Made by a program: the position numbers and the translations under genes | Part shown: piece by piece, positions 9,064-16,771 of the stretch | Layout of the letters: every line of letters starts with the position of its first letter | Position numbering within the stretch: position 1 is the stretch's first letter | The notes under the pieces: model-generated | Databases searched by the model: none | What the model was told of the DNA's origin: nothing | The model's input: only the letters and a program-made list of their open reading frames with translations | DNA from: Nitrosopumilaceae archaeon | GTDB lineage: Archaea > Thermoproteota > Nitrososphaeria > Nitrososphaerales > Nitrosopumilaceae | Direction: 5' to 3' | Assembly: GCA_035631875.1 (NCBI GenBank) | Contig: DASQHX010000001.1 | Span: forward strand, 5,655 to 37,654 | Length of the DNA stretch: 32,000 nt

Positions 9064-9227
9064 TGCACTGTTTTGCTTAAAACTGTATATAAGAATAAGA
9101 GAACTGGTTAAAAAACGCCAATGTCATTTTATAAATAGGTTCAAAATTATTCCTAGTATAATATTTGCAGGTTATCTTCTAATCAAGTTTTATGAATAAT
9201 ATTTTATAAACGCAAAATAAACCACGA

Positions 9228-9863
9228 TTGTTGAATATTCAGACTCTAGTCAAGGGCATCAAGGGAATAATTCCAGGGGGGCTATCTGTAAAAGATTTTA
9301 GTGTTGTAACGCAAACTAGCGATGAGACTGCAAGACAGATACTGGACAACTTTATGCAAAATGGCATAGGAACTTTTCAAGATAATCAAATACATTTTCA
9401 AGATAATGACAAACTGAAAACCAGCTTACTTGCATTAAGAATGGGTGCTCCAATTGATGAGATTTCACAGATTTTAGACTGGAAGGATTTTGAGGCACTT
9501 GTTTCAGAAATTTTAGAGTTAAGAGAATTTGATGTCACAAGAAATCTAACTTTAACAAAACCAAGAATGCAGATAGATGTTATTGGCACAAAAGCAGGAG
9601 TGGCAATTCTCATAGACTGCAAACATTGGAAGAGGCTAAGTTACTCTGCATTAGAGACTGCAGTCAACAAACAAATTGAGAGAACAAAACATTATGTTAT
9701 TAAAGAAAAGGTACGTGCAGCACTACCTGCTATCGTAACACTATACCAAGAAGAGGTCAAATTCATCAACAAGGTCCCTATAATACCCATATTCCAACTA
9801 GATTCTTTTTGCGATGAATTTTATGGTAATTTAGAAGAAATGGATTTAGAGCAAAGTGAATAA
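9228..9863 (+). CDS. Winged-helix plus Mrr-like PD-(D/E)xK restriction-endonuclease-fold protein
   Basis: WKDFEALVSEILELREFDV...MQIDVIGTKAGVAILIDCKHWKR matches the Mrr_cat pattern (W..FE..v, a catalytic D, then D-x-K). The start is TTG, with TATA-like ttttataaa about 20-25 nt upstream. Confidence 0.6.
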   Translation: MLNIQTLVKGIKGIIPGGLSVKDFSVVTQTSDETARQILDNFMQNGIGTFQDNQIHFQDNDKLKTSLLALRMGAPIDEISQILDWKDFEALVSEILELREFDVTRNLTLTKPRMQIDVIGTKAGVAILIDCKHWKRLSYSALETAVNKQIERTKHYVIKEKVRAALPAIVTLYQEEVKFINKVPIIPIFQLDSFCDEFYGNLEEMDLEQSE

Positions 9864-11582
9864 GAAGAAAGCAGTAGTTCCTATCAAAAAGCCTTGTGTA
9901 ATTCTCATTGCCCTGTCAAGTGATTTTGAATAGTTCTCAAGCTGTTTTGGTCCCATTACTTTGACATCTGTTTCCTGCTTTAGAGTTTCAAACATTGCTG
10001 GAGAAAGATTCTGTTCTGCCTTTTTTGCCAAATTTAAATACCAAGAGGCAACTTCTTGCGATTCAGATAGGCTTCCAAAATAGAAATAACCATACTTGTT
10101 TCTTGCCTCTCTTGCCTTGTAGTGAGAGTCGGAGGTACAGATATCAAGTAAATCATATCCAGCTTTTGAAAGAGACGATACGATTTCCTCGCGTAATCCA
10201 TTTCTCATGTTGTTAGAGTCTGCCCAACCAAGGAAAAATTTTTCATTGTTAATTTTCAGACACATCATTCCTACTTTGCCAGGACCTAGATCGTCTGCCT
10301 GAATTTTCAAATTTTCCGAGTTTGCATATCCAATTTCTAATGGATATGCTTCTTTTGTTATCAATGTATCAAGGTTTGATTTTGCTGCTTTTAGGAGGTC
10401 ATCCGAGTCTTGTTTTAGAATTTCTTCTCCCATTGCATTATGGCTATCAACGATTAAGATTTTTTCAAATCCACGATTTTTTCCATATTGTTCAAGTTCA
10501 CTTTTAACATAGAGTGGCACGTCCTCCATTCCATGTGGTGATAATGATAAAATCAAGACGGCGGTTTTACCAAAAAGCATTCCAACTGCACGGGCTTTGT
10601 TTACCTGAACTGTAACAGGTTTTGTACAATCAAAACCTTTGTGAATTATAGAACTCTTGGTGAGACTAGAAAGATACGCATCAACTTGAGATTTTGATGG
10701 CAAATTAAGAGAATGATCAGAGACGCTATGCATAACCATTGCAGAGTAATTCAGATTTTTGTATATCAAATACGGAATGTTGCTTCCCCCAATTGGATGA
10801 AATGGTCCTGGATGGACGTCTGGCACAACTAGTCGGCATTCATTATTTTTTGTTTTAAATAAAATTTGAAATGTAGATACTCTTGTGGGTTGTGAGCGTT
10901 CTTCCATCAAAGTTTCCATTTCAGAAGGATCGTTTCTTGTCCAAGCTGCCACGTAAGCTTGCAATACTTTGTGTGTTCTTGGAACTTTGATACCTGCTGC
11001 TCTATCTGACAATAGTGTCCATGCTGTTGCAAGAAACAAAAATACAAGACCGTATCCTATGACTTTTAAATCTGAAAGCATAGGAATCCAAGATTCCGGT
11101 GGTACAAATGCAAAAAACATTGCTAGTGGTTGAATAAGACAAACTGCCCATGCAGTTTTTAATTTTGCTCCCATGACAGATGTAAAAAGTCCAATTCTAA
11201 AGCTTGCAAACAAAAACATTCCTTCTGTGATATAAATTGGCAATAGTTCAGGTTTTGAAAAAACGTGTGCTGATACAAACCCTCCAAGTAGAGTTACAAA
11301 CCACAGGAGATTTCCAAATGCAGATAGATGCACAATTTTGGAAAATTCTGTTTTTAGCAAGCGTGCGTCTAGAAGCTGTGTTCCATAAAGTACTGCAATT
11401 GACAATGGCAAACTGAAAAATATTTTGTCACTTGTTTTAAAATATACAAACAACGCAAGTGCTACAGTTGCAGATGTCACCATTATAGAAATCAAAAGAG
11501 AAAGATAGTGTGAAGATGGGGTTAGAGTTGTTAATGTATATCGCTTGTGTATACGCGACACATTATCAGCATTTTCTGTCAT
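9846..11582 (-). CDS. Archaeal multipass membrane protein with a large C-terminal soluble domain (DUF2070-like)
   Basis: About six N-terminal hydrophobic segments are followed by a ~370-aa domain with recurring S-D-H / D-S-H motifs (HSVSDHSLN, VDSHNAMG, TSDSHYK). The longest ORF starts at 11609. I prefer the ATG at 11582 (MTENADN) because it forms an ATGA overlap with the stop of the upstream Sec61beta gene. Confidence 0.6.
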   Translation of the reverse strand: MTENADNVSRIHKRYTLTTLTPSSHYLSLLISIMVTSATVALALFVYFKTSDKIFFSLPLSIAVLYGTQLLDARLLKTEFSKIVHLSAFGNLLWFVTLLGGFVSAHVFSKPELLPIYITEGMFLFASFRIGLFTSVMGAKLKTAWAVCLIQPLAMFFAFVPPESWIPMLSDLKVIGYGLVFLFLATAWTLLSDRAAGIKVPRTHKVLQAYVAAWTRNDPSEMETLMEERSQPTRVSTFQILFKTKNNECRLVVPDVHPGPFHPIGGSNIPYLIYKNLNYSAMVMHSVSDHSLNLPSKSQVDAYLSSLTKSSIIHKGFDCTKPVTVQVNKARAVGMLFGKTAVLILSLSPHGMEDVPLYVKSELEQYGKNRGFEKILIVDSHNAMGEEILKQDSDDLLKAAKSNLDTLITKEAYPLEIGYANSENLKIQADDLGPGKVGMMCLKINNEKFFLGWADSNNMRNGLREEIVSSLSKAGYDLLDICTSDSHYKAREARNKYGYFYFGSLSESQEVASWYLNLAKKAEQNLSPAMFETLKQETDVKVMGPKQLENYSKSLDRAMRITQGFLIGTTAFFLFTLL

Positions 11583-11743
11583 GGTAGGAAAAATATTTTT
11601 AGTATCCACGAGATGGAAATCAGTGCGCTTGGGATAGCTACAACGACTTCTGGCCTTAGTTTATATCCTTTTGTCTCGTCCTCAAAGAATCTTAACAGAC
11701 CCGCACTAGATGCTGGAAGCGGTGCCGATTTCTTACTACTCAT
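11579..11743 (-). CDS. secG: Preprotein translocase subunit Sec61beta (archaeal SecG), 54 aa, below the ORF-track length cutoff
   Basis: Hand translation gives MSSKKSAPLPASSAGLLRFFEDETKGYKLRPEVVVAIPSALISISWILKIFFLP*. It contains the family hallmark SAGL[IL]R[FY][FY][DE]E followed by K[IL].P..V and a single C-terminal TM. Confidence 0.85.
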   Translation of the reverse strand: MSSKKSAPLPASSAGLLRFFEDETKGYKLRPEVVVAIPSALISISWILKIFFLP

Positions 11744-11784
11744 GTTACTGTATCTCGCAAGATTTTTACATAAATACTTTTGTG

Positions 11785-12114
11785 CTAGATCTTTTTGATC
11801 CTCTCTTTAATATTTATGATATCATTGATTGATTTTAGGATCTGTTGCTGTTTTTGATGATCTTTTTCATGTTCAAGCTCTTTTGTTAATTCCTTTAGTT
11901 TTTGCTCAAGGCCTGCAAACAATGGATCGTCACTAGGTTTTTCTTCTATTTTTTCTGGTATTTTTTCTTCATTATCTTCTCTTCCACAGTTTACACAAAA
12001 TGCGCTACCGTTTTTCATGATACGTACTCCCTTACAATATGGACAAGGATCACTTACAAGAGTTGCACCTTTTAGAAGCATTTCAATCGCTTTTTTAGTA
12101 AGATCTGCAGACAC
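11785..12114 (-). CDS. UPF0148 / autoantigen-p27-like zinc-ribbon protein with a coiled-coil tail
   Basis: AIEMLLKGATLVSDPCPYCKGVRIMKNGSAFCVNCG matches the family pattern (LL.GA.ml...C..C...P....G...C..C). The track ORF extends to 12213, but that extension translates promoter-like sequence and overlaps the divergent aIF1 start. The GTG at 12114 has a T-rich box about 27 nt upstream. Confidence 0.55.
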   Translation of the reverse strand: MSADLTKKAIEMLLKGATLVSDPCPYCKGVRIMKNGSAFCVNCGREDNEEKIPEKIEEKPSDDPLFAGLEQKLKELTKELEHEKDHQKQQQILKSINDIINIKERIKKI

Positions 12115-12191
12115 AAACTGATTTGGGAATTTCCAAGTAAAAAATGTAGTCGAACAAGGCTTAATAGTAGGAAACCAAGTTTTTATTTTGA

Positions 12192-12500
12192 ATGGCAGTA
12201 ATCTGCAATACATGCGGACTTCCTGACGATTTATGTGCCTGCGGAGAACTTGAAAAAGATGCTACTCAAATTGTAGTTCGTCTTGAAGAGAGACGTTTTA
12301 AGAAAAAAGGGACAATGATTGAAGGAATTAATCCAAAGATGAATGATCTAGCTAAAGTTGTCAGAGAATTAAAAGCAAAATATGCATGTGGTGGCACAGT
12401 AAAAGAGGGATACATTCTACTTCAAGGTGACCACAGAGATACAATCAAAACTACTTTAGTAAAACTTGGATTTCCAGAAGCAAGCATTGAAGTTCATTAA
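12192..12500 (+). CDS. sui1: Translation initiation factor aIF1 (SUI1 family)
   Basis: There is an N-terminal Zn-knuckle CNTCGLPDDLCAC. The SUI1 core is IVVRLEERRFKKKGTMIEG...LKAKYACGGTVKEGYILLQGDHRDTI. At 102 aa the size is typical. Confidence 0.95.
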   Translation: MAVICNTCGLPDDLCACGELEKDATQIVVRLEERRFKKKGTMIEGINPKMNDLAKVVRELKAKYACGGTVKEGYILLQGDHRDTIKTTLVKLGFPEASIEVH

Positions 12501-12507
12501 ATGAGAC

Positions 12508-13503
12508 TTGTTAAAAATAGATAAACTCCTACACGTTTTAGCCATTCCATATTCTGCACTGGCATCAGTTATCTTTGGTATGATGATCATTTCTTTTCCC
12601 ATAGGAGCATATGTGGTTTTTAATTCTAATTTAGGAAAAGAGATTAACTTTCAGTATCCACTTGATGGTGTAGATATTTTTCTTGGTGGGATAGGATTCA
12701 AGCTGCCAATCCATTTTGAGATTGGTGACGGTTTTATTTTTATGTGGTGTATCTATCTTGTTTTGTTCACTATTTCACTGGCTGGCCCTCAGCGAAGCTT
12801 GATGAAAACACTTTCTTTGGTAATGATAGAAGGCTGGCATAATATCAAAAACAACGCACTTTTGAGCATGATAACCTGGTTTTCCATTCTAATTGTCTTT
12901 TCTCTAATTATTGATTTTATTCAACACAATTTTGGCATCAACATAGAGCCCCCAGCATCTCAAAATAGATTAATACAATTCTTTCAAATCTCAACATCAC
13001 CATTAAGTGAAGAAGTAGGTTTTAGAATTCTACTTATTGGTCTTCCACTTTATGCCATTTTTTCCCATAAAACATCATTAAAACATTTTTTCAAATCACT
13101 TTGGCACCCATCAAAAAATTTGGAAATTACAAATTACAAAAAAGTCATAGCATTGATTATAACAGTTGCCATATTCTTTGGAGTAGCCCACATTATTTCT
13201 GGTACTCCATGGAGTACAGGTAAGTTTGCTCAAGCAACTGTGGCAGGAATAATAATTGGTTGGGTTTACTTTAGATATGGTTTTGCACCTGCCATCTTGA
13301 TTCACTGGGCAACAAACTACTTCATATTTTCATATACTTATTTTATATCTGAAATGACCCAGTCTCCAATTACAGGCGAGTTTTCAGATCCATTTTCAAA
13401 TACATTAGAGATGTTACTTTTGATTTCTGGTGGAATTGCTATTGTTAGCATTACATTAAACTACATAAAATCAAAAAAGGAATCAACCATAACGCAAGTT
13501 TGA
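12508..13503 (+). CDS. CPBP family intramembrane glutamic endopeptidase (CAAX protease/Abi-like)
   Basis: All three family motifs are present in order: SEEVGFRILL (EExxxR), FFGVAHI (FxxxH) and IHWATNY (HxxxN). The protein is multi-pass hydrophobic. The start is TTG and uncertain. Confidence 0.8.
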   Translation: MLKIDKLLHVLAIPYSALASVIFGMMIISFPIGAYVVFNSNLGKEINFQYPLDGVDIFLGGIGFKLPIHFEIGDGFIFMWCIYLVLFTISLAGPQRSLMKTLSLVMIEGWHNIKNNALLSMITWFSILIVFSLIIDFIQHNFGINIEPPASQNRLIQFFQISTSPLSEEVGFRILLIGLPLYAIFSHKTSLKHFFKSLWHPSKNLEITNYKKVIALIITVAIFFGVAHIISGTPWSTGKFAQATVAGIIIGWVYFRYGFAPAILIHWATNYFIFSYTYFISEMTQSPITGEFSDPFSNTLEMLLLISGGIAIVSITLNYIKSKKESTITQV

Positions 13504-13553
13504 ATATATTGACATAAATTATATTCCAGAATTTAGTTTTGAAAATTATAATA

Positions 13554-14192
13554 TCAGATTAACAAATCCTCAAGCATTTTTGAAATTGACGGCTTTGAAT
13601 ATTTTAAAATAGTTTGAAGATCTTCTGGTTCATCTACATCAAGCATTATTCTTCTAATCAAAACCAGTGCAGATTTTACAGATTTATTATTTGCAGTAGT
13701 TAGATGTATTTTATAGCTGTCTTCATCATAATGAGTTTCCATTACGTCTACCGGGCTTCTAAATAGTGCATTTGTCCCATCAAATCTTCTAGAGGGCACC
13801 ACAAGTACACACTTGTCAATCATTTGAAAATCATACAGAGTCCGTATATCCTCGGTTTGCATGAGAGGAACATCTTGAGGAAATACGATTGTAGCGCCAA
13901 ATCCCTCATCTAAAAAATACTTGTCTGCCATTGCAACTGCATTGTTTACACCTTGTTCTTTTTCATCATAGATTTCAACAACATCAAATTTTTTTCCAAT
14001 CTTAAAGGCAGATTCATCTTTACTTACAATTGTAATTTTTTCTATAACATCAGATTGTGAAATTGTTTGTAAAACCTCTTCTAGCATCATCTTACAAAGA
14101 TCTTCTGTTTTTTCGCATGACAAGTTTAGTCGTGTTTTAGCTTTTGAAAAAGTTTTTACCGGAACAATTGCACCTGTACGTAATTTAGACAT
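13554..14192 (-). CDS. cofC: 2-phospho-L-lactate guanylyltransferase (F420 biosynthesis, CofC)
   Basis: The N-terminal AIVPVKTFSKAKTRLN signature is present. At 212 aa the size fits. It overlaps cofD by 8 nt, indicating an operon. Confidence 0.85.
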   Translation of the reverse strand: MSKLRTGAIVPVKTFSKAKTRLNLSCEKTEDLCKMMLEEVLQTISQSDVIEKITIVSKDESAFKIGKKFDVVEIYDEKEQGVNNAVAMADKYFLDEGFGATIVFPQDVPLMQTEDIRTLYDFQMIDKCVLVVPSRRFDGTNALFRSPVDVMETHYDEDSYKIHLTTANNKSVKSALVLIRRIMLDVDEPEDLQTILKYSKPSISKMLEDLLI

Positions 14193-15105
14193 GCACTTGT
14201 TTTAAAATAAAAGATGCAAGAGCATCCTCATCTTTTTTGTCTTTCATTTTTATTTTAGTTTCATATACTTTCATGTCCAAATTTTCTATCTTTCTTGTTA
14301 AAAGCCTATCAGAGGAATCTATCACTATATGAGAAGCCACATCAGAATACATTTTTGCAAGTCCATACACTGATACCTCCATGCCAGCTGCTTCCATGTA
14401 TTTAGCAGCAGGTCCACTAATAGAGGTGTTTCCAATCAGTGGACTTACTACAACAACTTTCTTTTTTGATTTAGATAATTCTTTTTTTATCCCTTTAATT
14501 GAAAGAATAGGTCCTATGCTTGTTAGCGGATTTCCTGGTGCAATTATAACCAGTTTAGAATCATGTATTGCATTTACTGCTGCAGGATTCGCTCTAGCTT
14601 TGTCTGCTCCAAGATATTTTATCCCTTCAACGTTATCTTGCCCCTTGTGTTTTACCCAGAATTCTTGAAGATGAAGATCACCTTTGTTTGTCACAATTCT
14701 TGTCTCTACAGTGTTATCTGTAACGGGAATTATTTTTATATCAATAGCAAATTTTTGACACAACCATGTGGTAATATCAGATAGATTCTTACCGTTTTTG
14801 AGCATGTTTGTTCGTAAAAGATGGATTGCTGCATCTCTGTCTCCAATCTTAAACCAAGTTTCTTCTCCTAACATTTCCATTTGACGTAAGAAATTATAGG
14901 TGTCTTTTTTTATTCCCCAGCCTTTTTCCCCATCAAGCAAGTCAGCAAGTCCATAAAGAATTGTGTCAATGTCAGGACAAATATACAGACCATAAAGCCA
15001 GTAGTTATCGCCAACATTTGATATCACATTGATATCTCTTGTTTGTGAGGATATTCCTCTAACAAGTTTAACGGATCCAGTGCCACCTGCAAGTATTGTT
15101 ATCAT
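14185..15105 (-). CDS. cofD: 2-phospho-L-lactate transferase (LPPG:FO transferase, CofD)
   Basis: MITILAGGTGSVKLVRG...VGDNYWLYGLYICPDIDTILYGLA...IGDRD...APGNPLTSIGPIL is co-linear with characterised archaeal CofD. Confidence 0.92.
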   Translation of the reverse strand: MITILAGGTGSVKLVRGISSQTRDINVISNVGDNYWLYGLYICPDIDTILYGLADLLDGEKGWGIKKDTYNFLRQMEMLGEETWFKIGDRDAAIHLLRTNMLKNGKNLSDITTWLCQKFAIDIKIIPVTDNTVETRIVTNKGDLHLQEFWVKHKGQDNVEGIKYLGADKARANPAAVNAIHDSKLVIIAPGNPLTSIGPILSIKGIKKELSKSKKKVVVVSPLIGNTSISGPAAKYMEAAGMEVSVYGLAKMYSDVASHIVIDSSDRLLTRKIENLDMKVYETKIKMKDKKDEDALASFILKQVHV

Positions 15106-15241
15106 TTTTTCAATTTCCTACGAAGATTGGTAATGTTAGTATGCACAATATTACTTTTGCCACAAAAACAGATTTTCAATTTTATTGATAGTATTTACGA
15201 TAAGATTTATTACCGACCCTAAAAGTAGTCTGAACGTGACT

Positions 15242-16384
15242 ATGGATAGGTATTTTGCATTAGGGTTAATTGGTTTATTAATTTTTGGCAGCATTTCTCC
15301 AATTTGGGCAACATCTGATCTTTCTGTAAATCTCAGCGCATCTGGTACTCCCGCACAAGCAAGCTTCAAGTTTTTGGAATCTGCATTTATCGAATATCCA
15401 AATGGCGGTAAACTAAAGGATCTCTTGGCAGGCAAGAATTACACCATAAGTTTTACTGAAAACTCTAACAATACCAGTGTTCAAGATTTGATGCATCAAC
15501 TAAATACAGTGCTAGTACGTGATCAGAAAAGCCCGGTAATCATCACAGACCTAACCGTACAGTATACTGCAACTCTTGCAGGAGATGACAAATCAACATC
15601 AATTGATTACAATCTTCAATTAATTCCAACTTTGACAAGCTATGTCATCAAGAAGGGAGCCAGTGATACTGACCCAACAATAATTGATGCAGCATGGATG
15701 GGATTTGCACTAAAAGATCCTGTTATCATAAAAACAGCACAATATGGTGACGTAGAAATTAATACTCCAATTAGCTTTGTAAAAAAAATCATACCAGATG
15801 TTTATTCTAATATTAAAGGAACGCCTGCAGAAGATGCTTTGAAAAATAATTTGATTGATGCAAGTAGCATATTACAAGAACCACTCGATCAATGGAATCA
15901 TCTTTTTGATCCAGCATTCATAATATCTGAGACTAGTGGTTTTGGATACAAAGGACAAAAAGTAGCAATAACAACTTATACCATGGGACAAAGTAGCCTT
16001 GGCGAAGGAACTCAAAAACCAACACAAAATACGATTGATTTTTCCACAGATACTAGTTATCAACTTACGACAGTTCAACATGCAAGTTCGGCTTCAGTTA
16101 ACATAGAGGGCCATGCAATTACAACCAGTGTTGGTGGTACACCCGCATTTGGTACTACACCACAATCTACAGGTGGTGACACATCAAGTGGAGGATTCCC
16201 AGTAGGAATAATTTACGGAATGGCAATCTTTGGTGCTGTTGTAGCAGGCGGAGTTTTATTCTGGAGTAACAAAAAGCTAAAGGACAGTGCCAATAGACCA
16301 AGAGATTCAGGTCCAGCTAGAACACTAGAGTATGAGGATAGAAAACACTGGGCTGACAAGTTCGATAAAAAATCTGCAGTGTAA
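15242..16384 (+). CDS. Exported protein of unknown function with a C-terminal TM anchor and a charged cytoplasmic tail
   Basis: MDRYFALGLIGLLIFGSISPIWATSD is signal-peptide-like. A T/S/G-rich linker precedes FPVGIIYGMAIFGAVVAGGVLFW and a basic tail. The track ORF start at 15185 is non-ATG and lies in the promoter region, so I prefer the ATG at 15242. Confidence 0.5.
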   Translation: MDRYFALGLIGLLIFGSISPIWATSDLSVNLSASGTPAQASFKFLESAFIEYPNGGKLKDLLAGKNYTISFTENSNNTSVQDLMHQLNTVLVRDQKSPVIITDLTVQYTATLAGDDKSTSIDYNLQLIPTLTSYVIKKGASDTDPTIIDAAWMGFALKDPVIIKTAQYGDVEINTPISFVKKIIPDVYSNIKGTPAEDALKNNLIDASSILQEPLDQWNHLFDPAFIISETSGFGYKGQKVAITTYTMGQSSLGEGTQKPTQNTIDFSTDTSYQLTTVQHASSASVNIEGHAITTSVGGTPAFGTTPQSTGGDTSSGGFPVGIIYGMAIFGAVVAGGVLFWSNKKLKDSANRPRDSGPARTLEYEDRKHWADKFDKKSAV

Positions 16385-16407
16385 TAACCAAATCAATCAT
16401 TTCTATT

Positions 16408-16423
16408 ATAATAAAAATAAAAT
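16408..16423 (-). terminator. Oligo-T tract immediately 3' of the RNase P RNA (archaeal-type terminator)
   Basis: The minus strand reads AUUUUAUUUUUAUUAU directly after the P1 3' strand. Confidence 0.4.
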
Positions 16424-16706
16424 GGTGCGTGCTAGACGTAACCCTCCTTCTGTTTTCACGAGATTCAGCTATGCGGCCTACCTAAACCAAGTGCAGCGCT
16501 TTTAGTTTTGTTTGGCCTTGCTCCCTGTGGGTCAGCTTTTTCACTCCTTACCGGAAACCTCAGGTTTTGCCATCACAGTACGCCGGGTCGGATTTTTTTC
16601 TGTTCTGTAGCCAGCCATCTCTGACTATCCATCTCTGGATCACATTTACTGCATGGAGGGAGGAGTTTCCTCTGCCTTAGCAGTAGCTCGTTCACCAGCT
16701 CGCACC
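16424..16706 (-). ncRNA. rnpB: RNase P RNA (archaeal type)
   Basis: The 283-nt segment is visibly G+C-richer than its flanks. The termini pair as P1 (5' GGUGCGAGCUGG with 3' UCUAGCACGCACC). CR-I-like GAGGAAAC-U-CCUCC pairs with CR-V-like ACAGAAGGAGGGUUAC to give P4, including the conserved bulged U. An additional ACAGAA and a GGUAAGGAGUGAAA element are present. Confidence 0.85.
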
Positions 16707-16725
16707 TTGACAATCATAATTAGAA

Positions 16726-16738
16726 ATTTCTATTTTAA
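16726..16738 (-). promoter_or_regulatory. TATA-like box for the RNase P RNA
   Basis: The minus strand reads TTAAAATAGAAAT, centred about 26 nt upstream of the inferred RNA 5' end at 16706. Confidence 0.35.
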
Positions 16739-16771
16739 CATTGTTAGAACATAAGAGAAAGATACAAAGGA

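Noticed and set aside
11547-11798. The 83-aa plus-strand ORF from the track.
   Set aside because: It is a shadow ORF opposite the clearly recognisable Sec61beta gene on the minus strand. It has no motif and an implausible sequence.
12115-12213. The N-terminal 33-aa extension of the UPF0148 zinc-ribbon ORF.
   Set aside because: It overlaps the divergent aIF1 start and translates AT-rich promoter sequence. The family-typical N terminus begins near the GTG at 12114.
15185-15241. A PEFG-CTERM-like or archaeosortase sorting signal in the 15242-16384 protein and in the SBP C terminus, and the upstream non-ATG extension of this ORF.
   Set aside because: The C-terminal TM of the 15242-16384 protein is followed by a ~40-aa charged tail, and no PEFG motif is present. 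The SBP tail lacks the motif as well. The 19-codon upstream extension has no support.
15151-15435. The 94-aa minus-strand ORF overlapping the start of the anchored-protein gene.
   Set aside because: It is a shadow of the plus-strand gene and the promoter region. It has no motif and sits in a cofD-proximal intergenic region that is needed for promoters.
16424-16706. The possibility that the G+C-rich non-coding island is SRP (7S) RNA.
   Set aside because: The CR-I/CR-V P4 pairing, with the bulged U and the ACAGAA element, fits RNase P RNA. I could not find the SRP helix-8 GNAR-loop and symmetric-loop motifs.
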